This document shows, piece by piece, positions 23,036 through 34,830 of a DNA stretch of 64,000 nt. The stretch lies in assembly GCA_051530055.1 (NCBI GenBank), contig CM121343.1, forward strand, positions 590,389 to 654,388, given 5' to 3'. The notes under the pieces are model-generated. The model made no database searches. It worked only from the letters and a program-made list of their open reading frames with translations, and had not been told where the DNA came from. Made by a program: the position numbers and the translations under genes. Numbering within the stretch: position 1 is the first letter of the stretch; each line of letters opens with the position of its first letter. The stretch comes from Neoechinorhynchus agilis (taxonomy: Eukaryota; Animalia; Acanthocephala).

Positions 23036-24827
23036 ATGGCACAGTTATCTCAATCGTCAGCCCCGGGATGTCTGGTAGGTTTCGCCAATTTGCCGAATCA
23101 AGTTCATCGAAAGATCGCCAAACGTGGATTCGAGTTTACACTCATGGTCGTCGGTCCAAGTGGTCTCGGAAAATCAACTCTGATAAATAGTCTATTTTTG
23201 TCTGATTTATATCCAGACCGGAAAATGACATCGCCATCCGAGTTTGCTACAAGACAAGCTCCCACTAGGCACATTGGATTTTCATTTTTTTATAAAAGTC
23301 TAATTTTTCGAAGTCCCATTAAAAACTAATCATTTGTCCGGGTTTCCCAAGTTTTTGTTCCTTTTATTGCCAACATGCACATAAAAAAGCGTCGCCGTTT
23401 CCTAAGATTTTTATTGGCTTACGTTAAAAATGTAACGCATTTATAAAATAATTATAAAAATTGATTTCGTATATCTACCGGCGCTAATCGACATCGACTA
23501 TCTTAGTCCCCATTAAGTTTCAATTGAATTCATTCCCGAGTTCAGCTTTAAAGTTAAAAAAAGATGAGAATGCAATCCTCGACGATCTGATTCTCACAGT
23601 TCTTAATTACCGACATAAGCTAATATAAAATTGTTTAAAGATTGAAGGGTTCATGTTTTGTTTTGGTGGAAAATTATACTTTCAAGCGCCCAAATATCAG
23701 ATTTAATAAATCATCCCAAATTTCTGCCATAACTAAACACAATATTAAGTTTCTGAGATAATAGGTCAAAATACTTGCAAAACTTATTGAATATTCTTTA
23801 CAATCTAACTTCTAATTTTTGTTTAGACTTTATATCACTGTTTGAAAGCTTAGATTCTAAGTAGGTGTAGAAGTTATAAAGTGAAAACTCATGAAATATA
23901 ATGCTAGATTTCTGTATCATTGAAATAAACATCGTGTTTCTACATTATCTATAAACTCTTAGGTGTGAAAATCCTTGTGGTACACAAATGGACATTTCAA
24001 CTGTCGAGATCGAGGAGCGTGGTGTGCGTGTTCGTTTAACTTTGGTAGATACTCCTGGATTTGACGAAGGTTTGGATTCGAATGGATGCTATGCTCCATT
24101 AGTCGAGTATATAGACAAACAATTCGACAAATACTTAAGTGATGAAAGTGGATTGAATCGAAGAAATATAAGTGACAATCGCGTTCATTGCATATTTTAC
24201 TTCGTATCTCCGTTTGGCTCAGGTCTGAAGCATGTTGATATTGTGTGTTTAAAATCGCTACATGAAAAAGCTAATATAATTATTTTGATCGGCCGTGCTG
24301 ATGTCTTGACATCCGATGAGCTCGCTGGGCTCAAAGCAAACGTAAGAGCACAACTGAGAGTTAATAAGATAAAAACCTACGGCGACTTTGTAGCGGTATC
24401 AATACCTGCTGGTGCTACTTCGACGCCTTGTAATCAAAGTGGGAGAGCAGTGGATGAAATAGAGATGGAGTTCCGCGAGCAAAGTCGTATTCTTTTTGAA
24501 TCAATGCCGTTTGCAATCTGTGGATCCCAGCAAGTTTTCGAGCTGAAGGATAAAAGAGTACGAGGAAGGATGTACCAATGGGGCCTTGTCGATATCGATA
24601 ACGCCGAATACTGTGACTTTGTTAAGCTGAGGAATACGCTTACAATGCACATGCAGGATTTACAGGATGTTACACACGAGCTGCATTATGAGAACTATCG
24701 GTCCGCTAGATTATGCCAAGTAGAAAGTAACCAAGACATTTTAAGGACGAAACAACAAGAATTACTTGAGATGGAACAAAAATTGCAAAAGATGAAAGCT
24801 GAAATGAACGCAGTCAGCAGACAATAA
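23036..24827 (+). CDS. Septin (SEPT2-group-like), 2 exons, intron 23242-23962
   Basis: [53 protein letters not shown]-like YCDFVKLR; GT-AG intron restores the frame. Confidence 0.93.
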
Positions 24828-24944
24828 TAAATTTTCTGCGCTAAAATATAAAATCTTTCAACTTATTTATGGGTAAAAATGCTAAAAAAGGATTTGCTGA
24901 ACCGGTTTTAATACGTTTTTCGACTTCCACTATACCGCCCTAGA

Positions 24945-25330
24945 ACATTAAAAGCTGCCGTCCTGGTGTAACGGTCGAAAAGACGGATGCAATGTTCCCC
25001 CGTGTTGCAGAATCGGACTTATGTTTTGTGGGAGGAATGCTCCTGATCTCGGATCACCAGTGATTCGTCTCATTCTCTTAGACAACTGCTTGACCAGGTC
25101 CTTTGCCGCGGTACCAAACTTTCGACTCAGCTCAATGTATTTTGTCCTTTTGCATTCCTCAGCGGTGGTTGCTCCTCCCACTGGTTTAATAGTGGCGAAT
25201 TTTATGTTGCTGGCTACGAATGGCGTCCCAGTGAAGGCATTTTCCTTCTCGCCACGGGAACACTGTGACACCGTCCGGTCTACGGCCATTCGAGCCTTCT
25301 TTTGAAATCCCTCGGGGCATTTCTTTATTA
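24945..25330 (-). mobile_element. 3' fragment of a CRE-like non-LTR retrotransposon
   Basis: AEECKRTKY..L...LSKRMRRITGDPRSGAFL.Q.IS..LQ.G C-terminal signature. Confidence 0.7.
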
Positions 25331-25559
25331 AGAGGTATTTAGGCGATCATTGTCTTAAGCAGAGCGTAATCGTGGATCTCAAGGTTACCCGCAAATATGA
25401 AATTTCATCGAAGAGATCATGTAACACTACCACGCGAAATAATCGACAGCATATATCCTAACCGTGTTACTAATCCACTGTTTTAAGGATTATGAGTGTA
25501 AAAGTCTGATTTGTGTACTTTGTTGAAAACATTTTCAGGTTCAAATACATTGCCGATTC

Positions 25560-26489
25560 ACTGAAAATATAATAATTATCAGTGAATAAAAACCAAGTAT
25601 TTTTAATAACAGCGCCTATTCATGATTATAGTCGCGTTTTCAGCATCTTAAGGAAAATGTCTATACTTAAGATAGCTGGATGATCGCTGCAATTATCGAT
25701 CAGAAACAAACACTTTACACTTCCTGTTAATGAGAGAGTTTTGAACGTTTCAAGCTCACTACAGTTCCATCAACAAAAAGACCTCGACAACGTTTTTGAA
25801 TATATCGTTCTCTATGGTATTCAAGAGCACGATTGAGTACTTTGACTTTTATAGCATCCATGTGAAATCAAATCCTTTTTGATATTCGTCACTGAATCAG
25901 CTTACAATAAAAACCTTTGCTAAATTATAGTCGTAAAGGTGGAACATCCAATCGATCTTAACTCCTCAAGGTTATAAAGGAAATGTCTATAGATTTCCCA
26001 ACATTTACACTACGTCCTAATGTGGTTTTCTATGGCCGCTAAAAGTGGGAACAAATATTCTACTGATCTCAATTATGTACCGATCAGGTGCTACATGTAA
26101 ATTTCTAAATGGAAAACCAATAGTACAATAAACATGTAATTTCGAAACTTTTGCGATTGTATCCACAACCCGCAAACACTTACGCATCATTAGATTTTCC
26201 GGTCTGCTAAATACATTCAACTCAGAATGGTCGAAACTCCATGTTTTTCCCGTCATTCATGAAATGTGAAAGTACAATATTAGGTATTGATTTCCACGGA
26301 AAAAAAGGTATGAATTTGATTAATCACGTCCAAGGACAACATACTTATCTCAGGTTCATAAGTCTCTTCTATTTCCACGTATATGTTCTCGTCTGCTGAA
26401 ATCCATGACTTTTCGCTTCTGCGACTTTTTGCGTTGTTGACAAAAGGGTTTAGGAGAATGTTCATCAAAAGATTTCCTTTGCCTGTCAT
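25560..26489 (-). pseudogene. Possible pogo/Tigger-like transposase remnant
   Basis: LFLIDNCSDHP (DDE_1-like LLDN..H) near 25680-25720 and EIEETYEPE segment; heavily decayed. Confidence 0.35.
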
Positions 26490-26795
26490 TCAAGGTGCTC
26501 TCGATCCTCTAGCAACCACACGCAAGACATTATGCATCCAATATTATGTCTCCTTCGCACCGTAGAATCATCTCCTGGCAGGCATTTTCATCGCTAACTG
26601 GATCTTGTATTTAGAGGCAACAAAAACCTTCCTTTTCTATATGTACTGCGCGTTCCCGTCGTCGCAAATTGAAGCTCTACATGCACATACACTCGGTCAC
26701 CAGTAATCTTCGAATTTTAAGATCTCTGGAGAAACAGCATTCATGCCAGCAGCACAATGACCACACAAAGTCACTTGCCTTCTTTGTCAAGTAAT

Positions 26796-29700
26796 ATGTC
26801 TACTATGCGGCAATTTTTGATACTCAGTATCTTGAGCATTTTAATTATTACAAATCAGTCTGCACGAGTGAATAAACGTAAGCCGCCAAGATTCAAGGCA
26901 TTTAGTTTCCTATCGATTCATGAAAAGGAAGGCAATTTGCTGGAGCTGTTAGACCGGATGATATTGATTACATTGACTATGAAGAGGTTTGACCGCTCTG
27001 TCCTATATTTCAGTCCACTCATAATGTCAACTTCTGGAACACAGCCGGAAGATGACATCCAAATTCCAATCGAACCGATTCAAACACCGGAAGCAGGAGA
27101 AAAATCAGGAGTTGTTCCGGTTTCATATTCCATATCTGCAGTGCCAGGACAAACTGGTTCAAGGGGAAATCAGGGACCTCCTGGTGTTCAGGTAGCCGTT
27201 ATTATTCGTTATTACCTCTTTAACCATGATCTATTTGGCAGGGTCCACCTGGCCTCCAGGGATCACGTGGTGAAACTGGAGAACCTGGCCCACCCGTAAG
27301 TTTATGACACTCGACTTAATCTTTCATGACATAAAATCTATAAATTACAGGGTCCACCAGGACCCACTGGACCACACGGCCCACCTGGAATGATGGGAAA
27401 ATCTGGAGACGAAGGTCCACCCGGACAAAGTGGACCTGTAGGACCAGTTGGTCCACCGGTTGGTTGTTTTTGATTTAAGAATTACAGCACGTCAACTATA
27501 TAGGGACCAAGGGGACCGATTGGCGCTGGTGGATTGCCCGGTCCAAAAGGACATCCAGTAAGACTACGTCATGATTATTTAAGATTGTGAGCACTTTGGT
27601 TTAACAGGGATGGCCAGGAGAAGACGGCAGTAAAGGGGATAAAGGTGACAAAGGTGCAACTGGTCAACAGGGTCAACAGGGTTCTATGGGCCAACCTGGA
27701 CTGCAGGCATGATAAAGAAATTTAGTAAAACAAACTATTCGACGCAAACACAGGGTCAAGCCGGAAACCCCGGTGAAAGAGGCAGGAGTGGACCAGTAGG
27801 ACCAACGGGACCACGCGGAGTGGACGGAAACCCGGGAAGCCCGGGACCATCAGGTCCACCTGGTCCCCAAGGTCCCATAGGTCCAACGGGCCAAACTGGC
27901 TTAAAAGGTAACATTTTCTCCATTAGACTCGAGATGCACCATATAAATAGGAGAAAGAGGTAGACGTGGAAGGAAAGGAGCTGTTGGTCCGCGGGGTCAA
28001 AGAGGTGAGCCAGGATCTGCCGGAGAGCAGGGCCCTCCAGGACCGCAGGGTCCACAGGGTTCACAAGGACGAGCGGGCAAAAAAGGACCACAGGTATACG
28101 AGCATCCAAACGTTGCAATAAGGTTAAAGTTGTGTAGGGAGAATCGGGAACGGCTGGTGTACCAGGATTACAAGGAGCAACTGGTCCTCAAGGAGCACCG
28201 GGTGAAACCGGATCTCCCGGACCACGCGGTGAACCTGGGCCCATGGGCAGGCAAGGACAAAAGGGTGAAATTGGTGCAATCGGACAGTCTGGTCCGAGAG
28301 GCGAACGTGGTTACGCTGGCAAACAGGGAGAAGATGGCAGATCAGGCCAAAGGGGTCCAAGAGGTCCAACTGGGCTTCAAGGTCCACCGGGGGAAATGGT
28401 AAATCTTTCTAATCGAAAAATTGTACTTATATTTTTACTAGGGTCCTGCTGGCGCGCCAGGATCAATCGGACTCCCAGGAGTTCCTGGTCCGAAAGGGCG
28501 ACAAGGCGACGTAGGTTCAGCGGGTGCTAGGGGAGAACCGGGCCCACATGGCCAGACTGGAAAACCTGGAAAATCAGGTCGACCAGGAAAAGCAGGCGTA
28601 CCGGGCGACCGAGGTGAGAATTTTTTTCGACCACGAACTTGCACGATGCTTACGGATGCTTAACAGGGGAGACTGGGCCACAGGGAGAAAGAGGACAGCA
28701 AGGAAAAACAGGAGTACAGGGAGAGACAGGTCCAGTCGGCGAACCTGGACCACCTGGCCAACCAGGACCAGTGGGACCGCAGGGTTCTCAAGGATTGCGA
28801 GGTGAAACGGGGGAACCGGGAATTGACGGAATTCCAGGATCCAAGGGAGCGGACGGTGTTACGGGACCAAGAGGACACATAGGAGCTCAGGGTCCGCGTG
28901 GAGAAGGTGGACGAGATGGATCAACGGGTGCCCAAGGTCAAATTGGGGCACCAGGAGCACCTGGGCCTATGGGTTTGCCAGGTCAGGCGGGCCAACAAGG
29001 GCCTACGGGTTCACCTGGAAAGGATGGAAAGCAGGGAATGGATGGAAAACCTGGTCTTCGAGGTTCTACCGGTGAACGTGGCGCACCAGGACCGAAGGGT
29101 GATCAAGGTGACGACGGGCGACAGGGAAAAGTAGGGGAAACAGGACCGCCTGGACCAACAGTGAGTAAAAATGGGTTTCACTTTATATCAAATATAAAAT
29201 AAACTTATAGGGCCCAGTTGGAAAACAAGGTGAACGTGGACCTAGAGGGCCTACTGGTGTTCCGGGTCAACCAGGAACTAAAGGACCTGTCGGTGGAATT
29301 GGAATGACAGGCCCAAAAGTGAGTTTGAAGTATTCATACTACATAAACGTGATGCTCATTGTTATTCGAATTTTAAGGGATCGCGTGGTCAGCGTGGAGA
29401 GCAAGGTCCCGAGGGAAAGGATGGAGAACAAGGCGCTGGGGGAGTTCCCGGTGAACCGGGAACTCAAGGCGAGGCTGGATCTCGAGGTATTTCATAGATC
29501 GAAAAAAAGTTTTGCTACAATTCAAAATTCGAAGGTGAACGTGGAGAGCCTGGAACACCGGGGAAAAAGGGTCCGTCGGGTTCAAAGGGTCCGAGAGGTG
29601 AAAGAGGACTTACGGGATCTCCAGGACCGATTGGTCCACAGGTAGGCCAGTAGTTTGGTATTAATTGTAATCAAATATTCTCAGGGACCGAGAGGCGAAC

Positions 29701-31892
29701 CAGGTTTCGAAGGTCACCAAGGGCAACCTGGACCATCAGGCGAACCTGGAGAGAAGGGCGAAGCAGGAGAGAGGGGACCAGATGGACCAAAAGGAATAGA
29801 TGGAGAACCGGGCCAAGATGGTCTACCTGGAAAACCCGGCATGCCTGGGAGAGAAGGCTTTCAAGGACAAGCTGGAAAATCGGGGTTGCCTGGGAAAAAT
29901 GGTGAACAGGGAGAAAAGGGACCAAAGGGTATTGCTGGATTGAAGGGATTACAGGGAGATACTGGGTCAACTGGCGAGCCAGGTTCTAAGGGCGAACAGG
30001 GCGACAAAGGAGCAAGTGGAGATACAGGGGATGACGGTGAACCAGGACCAGTTGGGCAATTAGGGCCTAAAGGGAAGAAGGGTCCATCAGGTCCTTCGGG
30101 AGAAAGAGGAGCGCCCGGTTATCCTGGAGCAACAGGAAATCCAGGCACTATTGGAAAAGTCGGTACGTAAAATGTTAAGCGGTATTGGGTGCAAGTTACA
30201 AGACTTCTCACAGGTTCGCGGGGAAGAAATGGTGCAAAAGGAACAACGGGCGACCGAGGAGCACCTGGTAGACATGGTAGGCCGGGACAACAAGGCAAAC
30301 CGGGAGAGGCTGGTGCTCGAGGACTTCCTGGGCAAGATGGAAATCCCGGCTCTTCGGGCCTAGCTGGAATACCAGGAAAGCCAGGTCAACGGGGTAAACG
30401 CGGTCCTCAGGGAGAGTCTGGTGAACAAGGTATGCCAGGACAAGTAGGACAGTCCGGTGAACGCGGTGAGACTGGACCTCAAGGAGAACCAGTAAGTTTG
30501 ACGTACGTGTTTCATATTCGTTGACACTTGAGATGTAGGGACGACCTGGAAGGCCAGGAAAACGCGGCGAACAAGGAGAGAGAGGTGACAAAGGTGAAGC
30601 AGGGGATGATGGCTTGAATGGAGCAGTCGGAGCACCTGGAGACAAGGTAAGGGTTGATAGCAAAAAAAATTTATAAAATGACTGTGTCGCTACTATGTAA
30701 CTTAAGGGAGAGAAAGGCGATAAGGGATGGACAGGAGCTCCTGGAATTCCAGGAAAACCGGGCCAAAAAGGACCACCAGGTGAACAAGGCTCGATGGGTC
30801 TTGCTGGTATTCCTGGAGAATCTGGATCAAGCGGGTCACCGGGAGAAGAAGGACCATCCGGTCACAGAGGTCCAAGGGGTCCGCCGGTAAGAGCACTGAA
30901 TATAAGTACATTTCGCCACACAAATTTTTCAGGGTGTCCCAGGAAGAGATGGGATGCCGGGTCCACCCGGTCCAGAAGGCCGACCTGGTCCGCCTGGTCC
31001 GCCTGGACCACCAGGTGAAGGAAGTGGTGGAATGGATGCTGCTGCATTGAGCAGTATTTTGGCAGCGCAGCAGGCTATGAAAGGACCGATAAGTTCTTAT
31101 TCATTTTTGAGACAGTCACAAGAGCGGCCCACTGTAATACCGGATGCCGAGCCGCCTCAACAGGAGTTGGGACATGGCTCAAAGCCACCAGACTTTGACG
31201 AGGATGGAAGTGAATACGACGACGAAGAGGAAGAGGAGGACTTTAAACGGTGGCTACGTGACGCAGTCGCAAATATACTCGTTCAACCGGATGGTACAAA
31301 GCAAAATCCAGCCTTATCATGCCGGCACTTGAAGTTGGCCAAACCTGCAGTTGAAAGTGGATTCTATTGGGTTGATCCAAACCAAGGATTACCGGATGAT
31401 GCCATCCAAGTATATTGTGATTTTGCAGAGGAACGATCAAAAACTTGCGTCAAACCAGTACCCACCACTGAAACACTTGATCATTTGCCGGTATCGCACA
31501 CAGGCAGTGGCAAACAGTGGCTCAATTTGGAATCAGGCAATCAAATTATATCATATGAAGCTCCTAGTGACCAAATTGCAGCTTTACATGAGTTGTCGGA
31601 TCGCGCAGAGCAAAACGTAACATTCCATTGTAGAAACAGTCGCATCGTCGGAGAAAATGAGGGACTTGTATTGTTGGGATGGAATGATGTTTTTGTCACA
31701 AATTCCGATTCAGATTTAACTCTCAAGTACTCAATTGAATCAAACGACTGCAATGGTAATGGGGACGCGCAAGCGATATTGAAGTATAAGACGATCAGAC
31801 CGGAAAGGTTGCCAGTTGTCGATGTTGGAGTTTGGGATTTGGGCAAGGACAAAGACGCATTGGTCAAAGTAGGACTGGCATGTTTCTCTTGA
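26796..31892 (+). CDS. Fibrillar collagen alpha chain with COLFI C-propeptide, 19 exons
   Basis: Signal peptide, continuous Gly-X-Y from 27147 to ~31022 after removing introns, [37 protein letters not shown] motifs. Confidence 0.95.
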
Positions 31893-32419
31893 TCATCCGG
31901 AGCATTCTTATCGTTGTCCGGTAAATTCTACCTAAGCTAACAACATTGATTTTAACGATATTCTAACGTTGTATTTAAAAATTAAAAGTATGATATGACA
32001 GAAGGTCACAATCATACAAGTAGGAAATTCAAACTCACGAAGTACTTTAAAGGCAAAACCGAAAATCTTTTCTTCAAGACTTAAAAATGTTTATACCTAA
32101 GATAAAAATCATAAATCAATGAAACACAAAAAATGATCCTGAAATTAAAAAAGTAAAAACGTTGAATTTAAGGCGTTTAACTACTTGAGATATCTGTGAA
32201 GATTGAATTATTCATGTTTTTATGTAAACGCCTTAAAAACCTCGATAAAGGCACAATATTGTGCCGAAATATCGGACCTAATAAATTACTTCAAATTTAA
32301 CTTAAGATATCGGTGCTTTATCTTTTGTCAATGAAAATATATTAATATTTTCGTAATTATTGTACATCAATTCGATACTTGCAATTCGTGAACCATCCAC
32401 AAATATGACAAGTCAGAGA

Positions 32420-32875
32420 TGTCGATATGTGAGGTACCGGGGAGAATGTGATTGGAATTATTGTTTAGAAGTCTATACCCGCGGTAAATAATTATTTATT
32501 AAAGACGTTCTGCGAACCTCGTCGGGTTTATCATCAGTTTGTTTGTTAGTAAAAGACTCCGACGAGGTTCGCAGAACGTCTTTAATAAATAATCATTTAC
32601 CGCGGATGTAAACTTCTAAACAATAATTACACAAGTCACAGAATTTATTACTACAATACCATATTTCTTAGGTCCAAAGCATTTATCTAATAATAAAGAG
32701 TTGGAGGAACTTTTTCGAACAAGGATATCCATTTAATTGAGAAAAATTTACTCCTAAGAAATATGGTATTGTAGTAATAAATTCTGTGACCTGTGTAATT
32801 ATTGTTTAGAAGTTTACACCCGCGGTAAATGATTATTTATTAAAGACGTTCTGCGAACCTCGTCGGAGTTTTTCA
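32420..32875. repeat. Cluster of three copies of the minimal-hammerhead element in alternating orientation (double fold-back)
   Basis: 32556-32672 is the reverse complement of 32753-32869; 32451-32540 is a further inverted copy. Confidence 0.85.
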
Positions 32876-32929
32876 GCACCGGATCAGTGATTTGTGGTAC
32901 AGGACATGTTTGAAGCACCTTGTCGAAGG

Positions 32930-33240
32930 TGCTTTATCGCGTCTAGGCATCGTAAAGCTTCCTGCTGAAGGATAGAACTACCAGGTGTCGTCTTTGGCCC
33001 GTTGTTTGTGGGCTGCGCCGACTGCCAGTGCTGAGGCATCGGTGACATTGGCGAACGCTGCTTCCTTGTTGGGTTGAGCAAGGAGGTCCGCGTGTCACGA
33101 CGCTGCGCTGAGCCTGATGTCGAGCAACCGAGTTGAACCTCGGTGTGATGACGGCGTGTTGCTGGCAGCTGGGCCTGGTCAGGACGCTGACCAGGCCGGC
33201 CTCGTCGGGAAGAAGGCCAACGAAAAGGCAGGAAAATTTT
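32930..33240 (-). pseudogene. Ty3/Gypsy RT-RNaseH fragment
   Basis: LLAQPNKEAAFANVTDASALAVGA matches the LL.HP......TDAS..AVGAVL motif. Confidence 0.6.
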
Positions 33241-33755
33241 CAAGATAAATCTATTTCTGAATCAAACATCGCTAATTGAAACGATAATAATTACACGTTT
33301 TCTTGATTTTTGTGTTTACGAAATTAGACCCATGTAACTTTGGGTCCTCATAAACACACAGCTATTCCGGTTTTTTGGTATGTTCGTTCGGGTTTGAATA
33401 TCCGGCTTGGGGATGTCCGTTCGAGTGAGAATTGGTGGATTTTGTTTGCAGGAGCGCTTGTAGGGTTGGTCTTTCCTAACAGTAATGTTTTCAGCTTGAT
33501 TTTACTTTTTTTATTTTATTTATTTATCCTTACAGTCAGACATACGCATGGTTATGTTCTTCAGATTGATTGGTCTTTGCGACATCTTCTTTTGAGCCTT
33601 TCGGCTATATTCCTTTTTTGGGAGCCTTTCGGCTGACTTGCACACATCGGATGCACTTAGCCGCACTCGAAAGGCCAGGGCCAACCCACCTTTGGGGGCC
33701 GATGGGTGATCTCAAACCTGACCCCCGCCCTTCCAGCAGCCCCGCACACCCGTGG

Positions 33756-33832
33756 AACCCAGCGACCGGTGGCGTTGAACCATCGACATATCGAGCGCAT
33801 TATGAACGCGCACACCACACGGCCACTGGGCC
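33756..33832 (-). pseudogene. Degenerate tRNA(CAT)-like sequence
   Basis: GCGCG-TTCATAA-TGCGC anticodon arm, GATGG-TTCAACG-CCACC T arm, GGCCCAG/CTGGGTT acceptor; D arm defective and extra bases present. Confidence 0.35.
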
Positions 33833-34830
33833 CTACTTAATTTTACAGCCACCAGCACAGTACAAATTTTAGATAGTGATTTAATTCAAAAATTCAATCA
33901 CTACTTCAAAGCGCAATTAACGAATATGGCAACGTAGGAAACGTAAAATATTATTGCATAGCAGAATAAATTACAAAGGACCCATCTAAATTCTCAAGTA
34001 TAATATTTTCATTCAGTAAAATCACCACACACACATCCATGATATCCGAATGTTTAAACATTGCAGTCCAGTTTCCACAAATATAAATCGCATCGAAATC
34101 TTTTTGTAAACTTTAGATGTTTCTATTGCGTAAAGTGGGAATTTTTAGTAGCTATCAAACTTTCACGAAATTCATAGTTATTATTTCCAAGTGCTTTTGA
34201 ATACACAAAGGGAGATAGAGTAGATTTGAAAAATTGTTCATAATTAAGAACCAATACTTGTTGCCTTAGCGGCTGGATACTTTAAAAAAATTATCCAAAG
34301 AGCAAGAGCGAAGGGACTATGAAAATATTAAAAGGTCCTCTTATACCTCATAGAAGACTATTTTGCATGAACGAACTAAGTTCATAGTGAAGAGAATGGA
34401 ACAAAAATGGTGCGGCGACGACGACCAAATTCCATTGAAAACTAGAATAAAAAATGTGTAAAAAATTAACAAGCACAAAGCGTTGCACTCAGCGAGAGAC
34501 AGGACGGATGAATAATGGGGAAATGTTTGTTTTGCGTTGGATTTATACTTGATTGTTTTGGCCAAAACTGAGCCCCACGCGTGAAGGCAAGAGATAAGAC
34601 GCGTCTATTTAAAGAGAGGATGTAAGTGTTTGGGATAGCTCTGGACGGCTAGTTGCCTCTGTTGTCAATTTGAAAAATAGAACAGCATGAGCATCGCTTA
34701 CGGATGCATAGTGTGTTCAATAACGAAATGCGCACAATCAATCACATGTGAGTGTTTAGTCTATGTCTTCAAACGCACACATTTTCCTATTTGGTGGTGA
34801 TGGTGATGGTGACGGTGGTGGTTGGCACGA

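Noticed and set aside
23230-23990. Split or pseudogenised septin
   Set aside because: A canonical phase-2 GT-AG intron (23242-23962) restores the protein.
27700-31050. Many overlapping and antisense ORFs
   Set aside because: Shadows of the Gly-X-Y collagen exons.
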